From Blastocatellia bacterium (lineage in GTDB: Bacteria > Acidobacteriota > Blastocatellia > UBA7656): a stretch of 64,000 nt of DNA. Under the pieces are notes generated by a model. That model was not told the origin of the DNA. It made no database searches and saw only the letters and a program-made list of their open reading frames with translations. The stretch spans positions 416,001-480,000 of the forward strand of contig CAVXWP010000002.1 in assembly GCA_963765495.1 (NCBI GenBank), read 5' to 3'. Shown here in pieces: positions 23,179 through 38,391 of the stretch. Every line of letters starts with the position of its first letter. Position 1 is the stretch's first letter. The translations under genes were made by a program, and so were the position numbers.

Positions 23179-23652
23179 CTACCACCTGTAATGGGCGAAT
23201 GCCTTGTTGGCATCGGCCATTCTGTGTGTATCATCTTTCTTCTTGACCGCATTGCCGCGATTCGAGGCGGCGTCGAGGATCTCTCCTGCGAGGCGGTCCG
23301 TCATAGTCTTTTCGCCACGCCCGCGCGCGTAGCTGATCAGCCACCGTATGGCGAGGCTGTTGCCTCGCGAGCGCTGATCAACCTCTATGGGAACCTGATA
23401 GGTCGAGCCGCCCACGCGGCGCGACTTCACTTCTACGCGGGGCTTGACGTTGTCAATAGCCTTCTTGAAGAGCTTGAGTGGTTCTTCCTGCGTCTTCTGT
23501 TGTATCTGATTCATCGCGTCATAGAAGATGCCTTCGGCCACAGACTTTTTGCCGTCCCACATCAGTGAGTTGATGAACCGGGTCACCATAGTCGAGTTAT
23601 AGATGGGGTCCGGCAGAATCTCGCGTCTCGCTGCTACTCGTCTTCTTGGCAT
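23179..23652 (-). CDS. rpsG: 30S ribosomal protein S7
   Basis: [35 protein letters not shown]. Confidence 0.99.
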   Translation of the reverse strand: MPRRRVAARREILPDPIYNSTMVTRFINSLMWDGKKSVAEGIFYDAMNQIQQKTQEEPLKLFKKAIDNVKPRVEVKSRRVGGSTYQVPIEVDQRSRGNSLAIRWLISYARGRGEKTMTDRLAGEILDAASNRGNAVKKKDDTHRMADANKAFAHYRW

Positions 23653-23756
23653 AAGAACCTAATCACAATGCCGGTTCACTATCCGGCGGGTTTCGAGCCC
23701 CTTGGGGCTTCTCTCACTTTAGGCAACCTTTGCGGGCTGCCGTTACCGCTTCCTGT

Positions 23757-24149
23757 CTACTTCTTGGCAGGTGAAGCTTCCTTCGGTCGCTTGGCTCCAT
23801 ACTTGGAGCGACCCTGCTTGCGACCCTGCACGCCTACCGAATCGAGCGTGCCGCGTACTACGTGATAACGCACACCCGGCAAATCCTTGACGCGGCCTCC
23901 GCGAATGAGCACTATCGAGTGCTCCTGAAGGTTGTGCCCGATGCCGGGGATATAAGTAGTGACTTCGATCTGATTCGTCAGGCGGACGCGCGCCACCTTG
24001 CGCAGAGCCGAGTTCGGCTTCTTGGGCGTCTGAGTGTAGACGCGAGTGCAAACGCCACGCTTCTGCGGGCTTGCGTTCAAGGCCGGGCTTGAAGTCTTAT
24101 ACTTAACCTTCTGGCGTCCTTTACGGACTAATTGATTGAGTGTCGGCAC
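23757..24149 (-). CDS. rpsL: 30S ribosomal protein S12 (GTG start)
   Basis: [30 protein letters not shown]. Confidence 0.99.
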   Translation of the reverse strand: MPTLNQLVRKGRQKVKYKTSSPALNASPQKRGVCTRVYTQTPKKPNSALRKVARVRLTNQIEVTTYIPGIGHNLQEHSIVLIRGGRVKDLPGVRYHVVRGTLDSVGVQGRKQGRSKYGAKRPKEASPAKK

Positions 24150-24462
24150 GCTTTTGCTCCTCTCAACTTCTGCCTAATAAGAGCGCAAGATGGCGAAGCG
24201 GCGCTTGCCACTGTGCGCGGTTACCCTGAAAGGGCTTCTGTAAAACTGTTTCCGGGGATGTTCTGAAAGCTGATGCGGATCCGGCCTCCCCCTAGCCTAA
24301 CTTTTCTGTGGCGTGAGTTCAGAAAACTGCGCTTGGTATCGGGAAGGCAGCGTTTCCTCTGCTTCCTTTTACGCCACAATAACGTTTATTCCGCGTCCGG
24401 TTTCAATCAAATGACGCCTCCGCATGTTCAGAACCAAAAAGCGTCATTGCACCAAACGATAG

Positions 24463-24491
24463 ACTATACCTATTGGATTTCTTCTTGTCAA
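24463..24491 (-). promoter_or_regulatory. Sigma70 promoter of the str operon
   Basis: Minus strand TTGACA-17 nt-TATAGT, about 310 nt upstream of rpsL. Confidence 0.8.
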
Positions 24492-25035
24492 CCCCGCCGA
24501 ATGAATGAATGCGGCGGATGGCTAATTGATCGGGCCATTCGGTTTTAATGAAAAACAATAGACGGCGTCGATCTTGCTCGTGCCCTCGGCTTCACTCATA
24601 AGAAGATTCCCTGTGCTTCTACTCTTCACACATTATTTTTCAACATCGATAGACAGCAGTTTGAGGGCACACCGTCTGCCTGGGCTGAGAATATAACTGG
24701 TGCCACGTCTTGCCCGGCTACGTGGAAACACATAGAAAAATGCGTGTTCCCATGTAGATAAAATACGTAGTTTCCCGGATTCACAAAACCGACCCGCCGA
24801 GTCATAATGCTAGCAATAAGCAACATAAGCTCATTAACATACCACGTAGCCGGTCGCTTCTGCCCAAGCGACCGGACTTTATAATAACGTGACTGAGGCT
24901 CAGGATAAAAATCCTGAGCGCGGCTCACAACCCCTGGCTCTTTAAGGTATACCTGGAATTATGCAGGGAGTCGAAAGTGGAATAGAATGTTGGTCTTTTG
25001 AACAACATACCCCCCTTTCTAACCCCTGCAAAAGT

Positions 25036-25075
25036 TGAGGGAAGAAAAACCTGCTTCAAGGTTTTTCTTCCCTCA
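25036..25075. terminator. Strong hairpin downstream of rpoC (probable terminator)
   Basis: tgagggaagaaaaacct-gcttca-aggtttttcttccctca, perfect 17-bp stem. Confidence 0.75.
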
Positions 25076-25107
25076 TTCATTGTTCAGATGCTACGCCTCT
25101 GTATGGA

Positions 25108-29348
<4,241 letters not shown>

Positions 29349-29382
29349 GTTTTCTGTTACCTTCCTCCGTCAGGAGTGTAAC

Positions 29383-29467
29383 GTGATTGGTGATCCGTGA
29401 TTTTCAGGCAGTCGGCCTTAACCGAGTGCTTGCCCCTTCGGGTCACGAATCACGAATCACGAATCAC
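29383..29467. repeat. GTGATTC 7-mer inverted repeat
   Basis: gtgattggtgatccgtgatt ... tcacgaatcacgaatcacgaatcac, 4 nt after the rpoB stop. Confidence 0.85.
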
Positions 29468-29471
29468 TAAA

Positions 29472-32400
29472 TCATTCAACAACCTCTTCTTCGCTGCGGC
29501 GCATCAACTCAACATCGAGACAGAGCGATTGAAGCTCGCGGATCAAAACGTTGAACGATTCGGGCACGCCGGGATCGAAATCGGCCTCGCCCTTCACGAT
29601 GGCCTCGTAAATCTTCGAACGCCCGGCCACATCGTCAGACTTTGCGGTCAGCAATTCCTGAAGGATGTGCGCGGCTCCATAGGCTTCGAGCGCCCACACT
29701 TCCATCTCTCCGAATCGCTGGCCGCCAAACTGCGCCTTGCCGCCCAGCGGTTGCTGCGTGATGAGCGAGTACGGCCCGATTGAACGCGCGTGAATCTTGT
29801 CGTCTACCAGGTGCGAGAGCTTCATCATGTAGATGTAACCCACGGTCACCTTCTGCTCGAAAGGCTCGCCCGACATTCCATCGTAGAGTATGGTCTTCCC
29901 CGATGTAGGCAGGTTGGCGAATGAGAGCAGATGCTTGATCTCCGCCTCGTGCGCGCCGTCAAATACCGGCGAGGCAAACGGTATCCCTTCGACATAATGC
30001 TGAGCGTGCTCGACGATGGCTTCATCAGACAATGCCGAGTACTGATCCCGAGACTCGGGCGTCGGGAAGATTTCGTGATATATCTTGCGAACCTCCTCGA
30101 CGCGATTTTCTGTCGAAAGCGCCTTCTCGATTATTTCGCCCACGGATTTCGACGCCCATCCGAGATGCGTTTCCAAAATCTGGCCTACGTTCATTCGCGA
30201 AGGAACGCCAAGCGGATTGAGCACGATCTCGACCGGCGTGCCGTCGGGGAGATAAGGCATCTCCTCTTCGGGGAGGATTCGCGCGATGACGCCCTTGTTG
30301 CCGTGGCGGCCCGCCATCTTGTCGCCGACCGAGAGTTTTCTCTTCATCGCCACAAAGACCTTGACCATCTTGATGACGCCCGGCGGCAACTCGTCGCCCT
30401 TCTTTAGCTTCTCGATGTTCTCCTGATGAAGCTGTTTTTGAACGCTCACCTGACGCTCGGTGCGGCGCTCGATCTCAGCTATCTCTCCCTGCACGTCGAG
30501 GCGCGAGCTTGTCACATCGATGCGGCGAAGCGCGCCGATGTCGAGCTGATCGAGGTCTTCATGCGTGAGCTTGGTCCCCTTCGCAAGCAGCTTCTTGCCC
30601 TTATAGTTCAGGTCTTCGGCCAGCTTCTGCCCCTCCAGCAACTCATAGATACGCTTGTTGCGCTCGTCTTCGAGAATACGAATCTCGTCGTGGAGGTTCT
30701 TGAGCAGTTTCTCTTCCTCGGCCTGTTCGATAGACATCGAGCGCTCATCTTTTTCAGCGCCCTTGCGGGTAAAGACCTTCACGTCAACCACGGTCCCATC
30801 AATACCCGGTGGGCAGGTGAGGCTTGCATCGCGCACGTCGCCCGCCTTCTCGCCGAAGATGGCGCGCAGCAGTTTTTCTTCTGCCGTAAGCTGGGTCTCG
30901 CCCTTGGGCGTGACTTTGCCTACGAGTATCGAGCCGGGCTTGACGCTCGCTCCTATTCGGATAATGCCCGAATCGTCAAGATCGCGCAGGGCTGATTCCG
31001 AAACATTCGGAATATCGCGCGTGATCTCTTCGGGTCCGAGTTTGGTGTCGCGGGCTTCGACTTCAAGCTCTTCGATGTGAATGGATGTGAAGGAATCTTC
31101 CTTCACAAGCTTTTCAGAAACCAGGATAGCGTCTTCAAAGTTGTATCCGCGCCACGGCATGAAGGCCACAAGCACGTTGCGACCGAGCGCCAGTTCCCCG
31201 CCCTGCGTGCAGGGACCGTCGGCAATCACATCGCCCTTCTTTATTGGCTGCCCTTCCTGCACAATAGGCTTCTGATTTATACAGGTGTTCTGGTTAGAGC
31301 GTTTGAACTTTGTAAGCGCGTAAATATCGGCGTTGATTTCGCGCGATGTAGTCCCGCCGAGTATCCCGTGCTCGGCGCGAATGATCACGCGCTCCGAGTC
31401 TACAGAGTCAACCACGCCGTCGCGGCGAGCGATTACGACCGCGCCCGAATCCTGAGCCGTTACGCGCTCCATACCGGTCCCGACAAGCGGCGCTTCGGCC
31501 CGCAGGAGCGGAACCGACTGACGTTGCATGTTCGATCCCATCAGAGCGCGGTTCGCGTCGTCGTTTTCGAGGAACGGGATCAGCGAAGCGGCTACCGATA
31601 CGAGTTGTTTTGCGCTGACATCGAGGAACTCAAGATCTTCGCGGTCCACGAATTTGAATTCGCCGGCCTTGCGAGCGGCTGTGCGCTCCTGAACTATCCG
31701 TCCCTGTTTGTCTACCTCTACCGATGCCTGACCAATCGTGTACAGGTCTTCTTCCCACGCGGAAAGATAGAACGGATAGGGCTCGACTTCGGCTGCCTGC
31801 TTGCCTTCATCGAGTTTCTTGTTGGCGCGATCAACCTGATCCTTGGGAACGTGATCGCCCACGTGAAACTCTGTGTCGCCTGCCGCCGTGACCTTCACGT
31901 AATCGATGACGCGGCCGTTTTCCACCTTGCGGTAAGGCGATTCGATAAAGCCGAATTCGTTTATTCGCGCAAAGCAGGAGAGCGACGAAATCAATCCGAT
32001 GTTCGGACCTTCGGGCGTTTCGATTGGACAGATGCGCCCGTAGTGAGTCGGGTGCACGTCGCGCACTTCGAAACCTGCGCGCTCTCTTGAGAGCCCGCCC
32101 GGCCCAAGCGCCGAAAGTCTTCTCTTGTGAGTGATCTCCGAAAGCGGGTTTGTCTGGTCCATAAACTGCGACAACTGCGATGAGCCGAAGAATTCACGAA
32201 CCGCGGCAGTGACCGGCTTCGCGTTGATCAGATCGCGGGGCATCGCCGTCTGCATCTCTTGATGTATGGACATCTTCTCTTTGATGGCCCGCTCCATGCG
32301 CACAAGCCCGATGCGGAACTGGTTTTCAAGCAGTTCGCCCACGGCGCGCACGCGGCGATTGCCCAGATGGTCAATATCATCCGGTTCGCCAAATCCCTTG

Positions 32401-33980
32401 CGCATCTTCAACAGGTAATCGATCACCTGAATGAAATCCGCAGGCGAAAGCGTTTGCTGTTCTATACGGTCGCGTTCGGGTCGGCCCATCTTAATGTTAA
32501 ACTTCAAGCGGCCCACGCGCGAAAAATCGAATTTGCGCTCATCAAAGAACATCCCCCTGAAGAGATTCCAGGCCGTAAGAATTGTCGGCGGATCACCGGG
32601 GCGCATCTTGCGATAGATTTCAAGTATCGCATCGCGCGGCGTCTTGACGCTGTCCTTTTTGAGCGTGGCGCTTGTGGTCGTGCCCACGTTATCGCGTTCG
32701 GGAAAGAATACCTCTATCTCGGTTACGCCCGATTCCAGAATCTGCTGCCACTCTTTCTGGCCAAGCTCGGTGTTTGATTCGGCTATCACCTCTCCGGTTT
32801 CGGTATCGACTATATCGTCTACGATAAACGCGCCTTCGATCTCCTGAGGATCTACCACTACAGACTTGATCTTTGCTTTCACAAGCTGATCGATATCGCG
32901 TTTGGTCAGCTTTTTGGCATTTGAACCGCCGCGCACTATCGTTTCGCCCGAAGAGTCTTCGGCAGATTCGGCCAGGTGCAATCCGATCAGACCTTCACCT
33001 GGTTCAAAGCGCAGCAGACCAGCCTTTATCTCAGCCTTTATGGTCGTATAGAAGAAGCGCAACGTCTCGGCATCCGAGAAGGAGGCGCGTTTGATCTCAT
33101 CCTCAAGCTGGGAATCAGACCCTATGCGATCCAGGTCTATCTTTTCCATCAACCCGAGGGCGCGCAGGAAAATCGTGCCTAAGAACTTGCGTTTGCGATC
33201 TATGCGGACATAGAGCAGATTCTTCGTATCGTATTCGAACTCTACCCACGAGCCGCGATAGGGGATGACTTTGGCCAGAAAATATGTGTTGTTGTTGGCC
33301 TTTTCAAAGAAGACGCCCGGCGAGCGATGAAGCTGGCTGACGATCACGCGCTCGGTTCCATTTATGATAAAGGTTCCGTTGTCGGTCATCAGAGGAATCT
33401 CGCCAAAGAAGACCTCTTCTTCCTTGATGTCGCGTATGGACTTCTGGCCCGTGTCCTCATCCGTGTCCCAGACAGTCAGGCGAATCTTGACCTTAAGGGG
33501 CACCGCGTAGGTCATAGACTTTTCCTGACACTCTTTTTCAGAGTGCTTATGCTGTAGCGTGACCGGCTCGCCGCAGTTGTCGCACAGAGCGGGCGAGACC
33601 GTATTGACCGTGCCGCACTGCGAGCAGACCACATCTTCTGCCGCGTAAGGATTTACGCGCAGTATGGCTCCGCAAGAACGACAGTTTGTTCTAAGATGGT
33701 AAAGGCCTTCGAGTTGGCCGCATTTACATTGCCAGTTGCCTATAGAGTATTCGACAAATTCGAGTTGTGAAGTCTCGCGGAAATCGCTTATCGGGAAGAC
33801 CGAACGAAACACGGCCTGCAACCCGATATTTTCGCGCTCGGCAGGCAACAGGTCCATTTGAAGAAACCTGTTATAGGACTGCCTTTGAACCTCTATCAGG
33901 TTCGGAATTCGAATCGCCGTCTTAATTCTGGAAAAATCGTACCGTTCGCGGCCGATTACATTATTCGCATGTGCTGACAT
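29472..33980 (-). CDS. rpoB: RNA polymerase beta subunit with Cys-rich N-terminal insertion
   Basis: [54 protein letters not shown]. Confidence 0.99.
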   Translation of the reverse strand: MSAHANNVIGRERYDFSRIKTAIRIPNLIEVQRQSYNRFLQMDLLPAERENIGLQAVFRSVFPISDFRETSQLEFVEYSIGNWQCKCGQLEGLYHLRTNCRSCGAILRVNPYAAEDVVCSQCGTVNTVSPALCDNCGEPVTLQHKHSEKECQEKSMTYAVPLKVKIRLTVWDTDEDTGQKSIRDIKEEEVFFGEIPLMTDNGTFIINGTERVIVSQLHRSPGVFFEKANNNTYFLAKVIPYRGSWVEFEYDTKNLLYVRIDRKRKFLGTIFLRALGLMEKIDLDRIGSDSQLEDEIKRASFSDAETLRFFYTTIKAEIKAGLLRFEPGEGLIGLHLAESAEDSSGETIVRGGSNAKKLTKRDIDQLVKAKIKSVVVDPQEIEGAFIVDDIVDTETGEVIAESNTELGQKEWQQILESGVTEIEVFFPERDNVGTTTSATLKKDSVKTPRDAILEIYRKMRPGDPPTILTAWNLFRGMFFDERKFDFSRVGRLKFNIKMGRPERDRIEQQTLSPADFIQVIDYLLKMRKGFGEPDDIDHLGNRRVRAVGELLENQFRIGLVRMERAIKEKMSIHQEMQTAMPRDLINAKPVTAAVREFFGSSQLSQFMDQTNPLSEITHKRRLSALGPGGLSRERAGFEVRDVHPTHYGRICPIETPEGPNIGLISSLSCFARINEFGFIESPYRKVENGRVIDYVKVTAAGDTEFHVGDHVPKDQVDRANKKLDEGKQAAEVEPYPFYLSAWEEDLYTIGQASVEVDKQGRIVQERTAARKAGEFKFVDREDLEFLDVSAKQLVSVAASLIPFLENDDANRALMGSNMQRQSVPLLRAEAPLVGTGMERVTAQDSGAVVIARRDGVVDSVDSERVIIRAEHGILGGTTSREINADIYALTKFKRSNQNTCINQKPIVQEGQPIKKGDVIADGPCTQGGELALGRNVLVAFMPWRGYNFEDAILVSEKLVKEDSFTSIHIEELEVEARDTKLGPEEITRDIPNVSESALRDLDDSGIIRIGASVKPGSILVGKVTPKGETQLTAEEKLLRAIFGEKAGDVRDASLTCPPGIDGTVVDVKVFTRKGAEKDERSMSIEQAEEEKLLKNLHDEIRILEDERNKRIYELLEGQKLAEDLNYKGKKLLAKGTKLTHEDLDQLDIGALRRIDVTSSRLDVQGEIAEIERRTERQVSVQKQLHQENIEKLKKGDELPPGVIKMVKVFVAMKRKLSVGDKMAGRHGNKGVIARILPEEEMPYLPDGTPVEIVLNPLGVPSRMNVGQILETHLGWASKSVGEIIEKALSTENRVEEVRKIYHEIFPTPESRDQYSALSDEAIVEHAQHYVEGIPFASPVFDGAHEAEIKHLLSFANLPTSGKTILYDGMSGEPFEQKVTVGYIYMMKLSHLVDDKIHARSIGPYSLITQQPLGGKAQFGGQRFGEMEVWALEAYGAAHILQELLTAKSDDVAGRSKIYEAIVKGEADFDPGVPESFNVLIRELQSLCLDVELMRRSEEEVVE

Positions 33981-34252
33981 ATCTCTCCTCGATCACCAGG
34001 CAAGAAAAAGCTTGCAGTCAGTCATTCAAGCTCGGAAAGGTTCTGGAGAAGCTGTCCACGCAAAACGGGGTAAGTCACGCGAGGGTATCTCCCTTTGCCG
34101 GCTCGCCACAAACTCACTGCAAGCTTAAAAGAAAGTAAAGACAAAAATGCGAAGCACGGCTGAAGACACATGCTCCAACCGCGATATTCGCGTTTTTTTA
34201 AGCACCAATTTAACTCTACTATCGTTGTCGTTCCTAATATCGTCCTGGAACA

Positions 34253-34282
34253 ATAATACACTCCAGGCGCTTAAATGGTCAA
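34253..34282 (-). promoter_or_regulatory. Putative rpoB promoter
   Basis: Minus strand TTGACC-18 nt-TATTAT. Confidence 0.55.
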
Positions 34283-34287
34283 GCTCA

Positions 34288-34355
34288 GCAAACGGGCAAC
34301 GGGCAACGGGCAACGGGCAAAGAGCGTTAAACTCTTTGCCCTCAGTATTTTGCCC
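34288..34355. repeat. (GGGCAAC)4 7-mer repeat with degenerate inverted arm
   Basis: aacgggcaacgggcaacgggcaacgggcaaagag ... ctctttgccctcagtattttgcccc. Confidence 0.85.
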
Positions 34356-34376
34356 CGCAATCTATTCACTGATCGA

Positions 34377-34766
34377 CTACTTGAGTTCGACAGTAGCCCC
34401 TGCGTCTGTAAGCTTCTTCTTGACGGCTTCGGCCTCATCCTTGGCCACGGCTTCCTTGATCGGCTTGGGCGCGCTCTCGACAAGGTCTTTGGCTTCCTTA
34501 AGACCAAGCGCCGTAAGCTCGCGAACTACCTTGATGATGCCGATCTTCTTGCCGGGGTCTGCCATGCCGGTAAGAATTACATCAAACTCGTCTTTCTCTT
34601 CCACGGCAGGCGCGGCGGCAGCGCCTGCGGACGGAGCAGCAGCCACGGCTGCTGCGGCAGCCGATACGCCAAACGTGTCTTCCATCATTTTCACCAGCTC
34701 AGAAGCTTCGAGCAGGGTGAGGTCTTTGATCTGATCAACTATTCCTTGCAGCTTATCCTGTGACAT
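34377..34766 (-). CDS. rplL: 50S ribosomal protein L7/L12
   Basis: [35 protein letters not shown]. Confidence 0.99.
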   Translation of the reverse strand: MSQDKLQGIVDQIKDLTLLEASELVKMMEDTFGVSAAAAAVAAAPSAGAAAAPAVEEKDEFDVILTGMADPGKKIGIIKVVRELTALGLKEAKDLVESAPKPIKEAVAKDEAEAVKKKLTDAGATVELK

Positions 34767-34933
34767 AACTAAACGTGTCCTCCTAAATATCTTATCTCAA
34801 TTGACTATGGTCGGCCCGCTCAATTGGTGCATCTCCAAGTCCAGCGCGCCCGCGTGGTCGCCTCACTGACACAAGGCAAAGCGACCGCTCTTGATTGCGA
34901 CAAAATCGAGCGCGAGTTTCCACAAACCCGCTC

Positions 34934-35020
34934 GATTTTAGATTTTAGATTTTAGATTTTGGATTAAATGGGATCGGTGTTTGAGCCCCAATCCAAAATC
35001 CCAAATCTAAAATCCTAAAT
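34934..35020. repeat. GATTTT(G/A) 7-mer inverted repeat
   Basis: gattttagattttagattttagattttggatt ... aatccaaaatcccaaatctaaaatcctaaat next to the rplJ stop. Confidence 0.9.
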
Positions 35021-35021
35021 T

Positions 35022-35546
35022 CTAAGCGTTTTCCTTCTGAGCGCGCACCTGATCTATAACTATCGTCAGGTTGCGCGCGACACCGGCAGTTACGACAGCC
35101 AGCCGTTGAGCGCCACTGTTTATCAGGAACATCATCTTCGAGATCAACTCTTCCTTTGAAGGCATCGTAGCCAGGGCTTCGATGTCTTTGACCTCAATGA
35201 CGCGGCCCTCGACGATTCCGGCCTTAAACTTAAAAACCGGGCTTTCCTTGGCCCACTTGGATAAAACCTTGGCAAGTGTAACGGGGTCATCCTTGGAAAG
35301 CGCCACGGCCGTTGTGCCTACAAAATTCTCTTTTAGGCCTTCCAGCGGTGTACCTTCGGAGGCGCGGATAGCCAGGGTATTCTTCACGACCCGATAAGAG
35401 AGATTGGCCTCGCGCAGTTCGCGCCGCAGCCTCTCGTCGTCAGCCACCTTGATCCCCTGAAATCCAACCAGCAGCGCATTTGGCGCCTCTTGAAATTCTT
35501 TATTGAGTATCTCGATCTCTTGATCCTTTTGTTGCCTTGTCTTCAC
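35022..35546 (-). CDS. rplJ: 50S ribosomal protein L10 (probable GTG start at 35546)
   Basis: LRRELRE, YRVVKNTLA, LATMPSKEELI; between rplA and rplL. Confidence 0.96.
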   Translation of the reverse strand: MKTRQQKDQEIEILNKEFQEAPNALLVGFQGIKVADDERLRRELREANLSYRVVKNTLAIRASEGTPLEGLKENFVGTTAVALSKDDPVTLAKVLSKWAKESPVFKFKAGIVEGRVIEVKDIEALATMPSKEELISKMMFLINSGAQRLAVVTAGVARNLTIVIDQVRAQKENA

Positions 35547-35570
35547 GATTCGACCTCTCAGGTTCCGCAA

Positions 35571-36254
35571 TTAAAACTCTGCGGTGTTCAAATTGATGCC
35601 CGGCCCCATAGTTGATGAGATCGTGGCGTTCTTGACATACTTACCCTTGGCGGCTGCGGGTTTTGCTCGCATAACAGCGTCGATCAGAGTCCTGGCATTT
35701 TCAACCAGCCGTTCTTGATCAAAGCTGACCTTGCCTACCCCGGCGTGGATGACTCCGGTCTTATCAACGCGGAATTCAACCTTTCCGGCCTTGGTTTCTC
35801 GCACTGCGCGGCCCACCTCAATAGTCACCGTGCCGGTCTTTGGGTTGGGCATAAGGCCGCGAGGGCCGAGGATCTTTCCAAGCTGACCGACCGATCTCAT
35901 CATGTCCGGCGTGGCGATCAGCGCATCGAAATCGAGCCACCCGCCCTTGATGCGCTCAACTATGTCGTCGCCGCCGATCTCGTCGGCCCCGGCTTCACGC
36001 GCTTCCTCAACCTTATCGGCCGAGGTGATGACGACTACCCGTTTCGATTTGCCCAGGCCGTTGGGAAGCACTACCGTTCCACGGACCATCTGATCAGCCT
36101 TTCGCGGATCGACTCCGAGGTTCATATCGACTTCGAGAGTCTCATCAAACTTCGCGTAGGCTATCTTTTTGGCGAGTTCGACCGCTTCTTCTACCGAATA
36201 GAGTCGATTGCGATCAACCTGTTCGGCTGCTGCTTTGTATTTCTTTCCTGCCAT
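35571..36254 (-). CDS. rplA: 50S ribosomal protein L1
   Basis: [41 protein letters not shown]. Confidence 0.99.
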   Translation of the reverse strand: MAGKKYKAAAEQVDRNRLYSVEEAVELAKKIAYAKFDETLEVDMNLGVDPRKADQMVRGTVVLPNGLGKSKRVVVITSADKVEEAREAGADEIGGDDIVERIKGGWLDFDALIATPDMMRSVGQLGKILGPRGLMPNPKTGTVTIEVGRAVRETKAGKVEFRVDKTGVIHAGVGKVSFDQERLVENARTLIDAVMRAKPAAAKGKYVKNATISSTMGPGINLNTAEF

Positions 36255-36450
36255 ATTCTTTCTCCCAGGTGATTAACGTGGCCGGATATTGATCCGGGCC
36301 ACTCCCTAAATAGACTGTCAGGTTTCCTGCTTCTGTTTGGAGGATCGCTCAACCTGAAATCGGCCACAGCAGCCCGTTTGGGCTTATACTACCGGGTGGC
36401 CCGTAGAAGAGGGAAAAGCTACCTTCGCAAAACCGGCGCAGGAGAGAGGA

Positions 36451-36876
36451 TCAGTCTACGACTTCAAGCCCCATATTGCGGGCAGTTCCCTCGATGGTGC
36501 GCATAGCCGACTCTACCGAAGTCGTATTCAGATCGGGCAATTTCGTCCGGGCAATCTCTTCGACCTGTTTGCGAGTAACCCGTCCGATCTTATCGCGGTT
36601 AGGACGAGCGGAGCCCCGGTCGATCCCTGCTGCCTTCTTGAGCAGGTCGGCCGCAGGCGGCGTCTTGGTTATGAAGGTAAAGGAACGATCAGCAAAAACG
36701 GTTATAACCACAGGGATTTTCATATCTCCCATGTTGGCTGTCTTGGAGTTGAAGGCTTTGCAAAACTCCATGATGTTTACGCCGTGCTGACCGAGCGCAG
36801 GACCAATAGGCGGCGCGGGATTTGCCTTCCCGGCCGGCACCTGAAGCTTGATATATGCGGTAATTTTTTTTGCCAT
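36451..36876 (-). CDS. rplK: 50S ribosomal protein L11
   Basis: [38 protein letters not shown]. Confidence 0.99.
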   Translation of the reverse strand: MAKKITAYIKLQVPAGKANPAPPIGPALGQHGVNIMEFCKAFNSKTANMGDMKIPVVITVFADRSFTFITKTPPAADLLKKAAGIDRGSARPNRDKIGRVTRKQVEEIARTKLPDLNTTSVESAMRTIEGTARNMGLEVVD

Positions 36877-36942
36877 AATTGGGTCACTTGCGAGCCGGGC
36901 CACACCATAGCGCGAACACTCGACTCTCCCCTTTCTACTTGA

Positions 36943-37017
36943 AGGATGAGGGATGAGGGATGAGGGATGAAAAAGACTTTAACTGCTTACTCACCCTTGT
37001 TCCTCGATTCTCACCTT
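36943..37017. repeat. (GGGATGA)n 7-mer repeat with degenerate inverted arm
   Basis: aggatgagggatgagggatgagggatga ... tcacccttgttcctcgattctcacctt next to the nusG stop. Confidence 0.8.
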
Positions 37018-37020
37018 CGA

Positions 37021-37584
37021 TTACTCTTCTTCAGAGAACGTTAATCTTTCTACGTCTAAAAAGTTCAACTCAACGGGCGTTGAACGTCCAAATATAGTAA
37101 CCATCACTTTCAGCACGCCTTTGTCCGGGTTTATCTCCTCCACCTGTCCGGTGAAGCCGCTGAATGGGCCCGAGAGTATGCGAACGTGTTCGCCGTGCGT
37201 AAAAGTATGCTTTGGCTTGGGCTTTTCTGCCGCCTCTGTTACATGGTGGACAATCTGATCAACCTCATCCGGGGTGAGCGGTGTAGGCTTTTGCCCGCCG
37301 ACGAACCCTGTCACCTTCGGTGTAGATTTGATTATATGCCAGACCTTCTCAGATACATCGCCCTTCTCATCGGTGTTTATTTCAACGAGCACATACCCCG
37401 GAAAAAACATGCGCGAGGTTTCCACCCGCTTCGAGCCGCGCATCTCAACTACGGTCTCAGTCGGCACGAGCACCTGCGATATTTCGTCCTGCATATCGTA
37501 AGCCTGTATGCGCGAAAGGAGCGATTCGCGCACCTTCTTTTCATAGCCGGAATATGTATGAATTATGAACCATTGTTTTGCCAT
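37021..37584 (-). CDS. nusG: Transcription termination/antitermination factor NusG
   Basis: [51 protein letters not shown]. Confidence 0.99.
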   Translation of the reverse strand: MAKQWFIIHTYSGYEKKVRESLLSRIQAYDMQDEISQVLVPTETVVEMRGSKRVETSRMFFPGYVLVEINTDEKGDVSEKVWHIIKSTPKVTGFVGGQKPTPLTPDEVDQIVHHVTEAAEKPKPKHTFTHGEHVRILSGPFSGFTGQVEEINPDKGVLKVMVTIFGRSTPVELNFLDVERLTFSEEE

Positions 37585-37596
37585 AAGTCGCTCCGC

Positions 37597-37914
37597 CTAC
37601 CTTATAGCCTGTTCAAGATACTCGAATCCAATCGTGACAAGCCTGTCTACGCCCCACAAATAGAAACCGAAAAAGACGACCGCTATGAGCACGATTACCG
37701 TAGTGCTCCACACCTCGGTGCGGGTGGGCCAGGTGGTCTTGCGCATTTCCAGTTTGACGTTGTGATAAAAATCGCCGATCCGGCCGCCAAACGACAGCTT
37801 TGGCAGGCTTACGGATCTTCCCTCTCCGCCATCATCACCACCCCCGCCCGTGCGCGCAGGTTCCCCGCGTAATTCTCTTCCCTCTTCTTCCGGGAATTCG
37901 GTTACTCGACTCAT
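37597..37914 (-). CDS. secE: Preprotein translocase subunit SecE
   Basis: EMRKTTWPTRTEV followed by one TM segment; between tRNA-Trp and nusG; SD (ggag) upstream of ATG 37914. Confidence 0.93.
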   Translation of the reverse strand: MSRVTEFPEEEGRELRGEPARTGGGGDDGGEGRSVSLPKLSFGGRIGDFYHNVKLEMRKTTWPTRTEVWSTTVIVLIAVVFFGFYLWGVDRLVTIGFEYLEQAIR

Positions 37915-37969
37915 TACTCCACCTGACTTTCCTTTGCTAAAACGAATACCAGATTCGCTCAAATCTTTC

Positions 37970-38045
37970 TGGCAGGGGTACCAGGATTCGAACCCGGCCT
38001 TACGGTTTTGGAGACCGCCGTGCTAGCCGCTAACACTATACCCCT
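37970..38045 (-). tRNA. tRNA-Trp(CCA)
   Basis: Cloverleaf aggggta...tacccctgcca; anticodon arm gcggt-ctCCAaa-accgt; GTTCGAAT. Confidence 0.97.
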
Positions 38046-38112
38046 GTTCAAAATCGCTCAAAAAAACATCTTCCGACTGAATCGCCTTCAACCTGTTCAG
38101 CGAGCCGCGAGA

Positions 38113-38265
38113 CTACTTGGTTTCCCTGTGGGCAGTGTGATTTCTGCATGTGTTGCAGAATTTTTTAAATTCAAGCCTGTCCGGCGTCTTCTTTTTATTC
38201 TTGGTCGTAAAGTAATTACGATTCTTGCACTCCGTACACTGAAGAACAATGTTATCTCTTGGCAT
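38113..38265 (-). CDS. rpmG: 50S ribosomal protein L33 (Zn type; not in the ORF track)
   Basis: Manual translation [50 protein letters not shown]. Confidence 0.98.
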   Translation of the reverse strand: MPRDNIVLQCTECKNRNYFTTKNKKKTPDRLEFKKFCNTCRNHTAHRETK

Positions 38266-38391
38266 AACCCCTCAACTTCGAAACTTAAATATTAACAGTA
38301 AATTCAACGACCTGCATACCCATCGAGGAATCTTAGGCCGTGTAGTTCCATTGAAAGGGCGAAAAAGCCTCCTTTTTCACCCTTATCATCA

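Noticed and set aside
24273-24548. 91-aa plus-strand ORF upstream of rpsL
   Set aside because: Antisense to the str leader and promoter, with no recognisable protein features.
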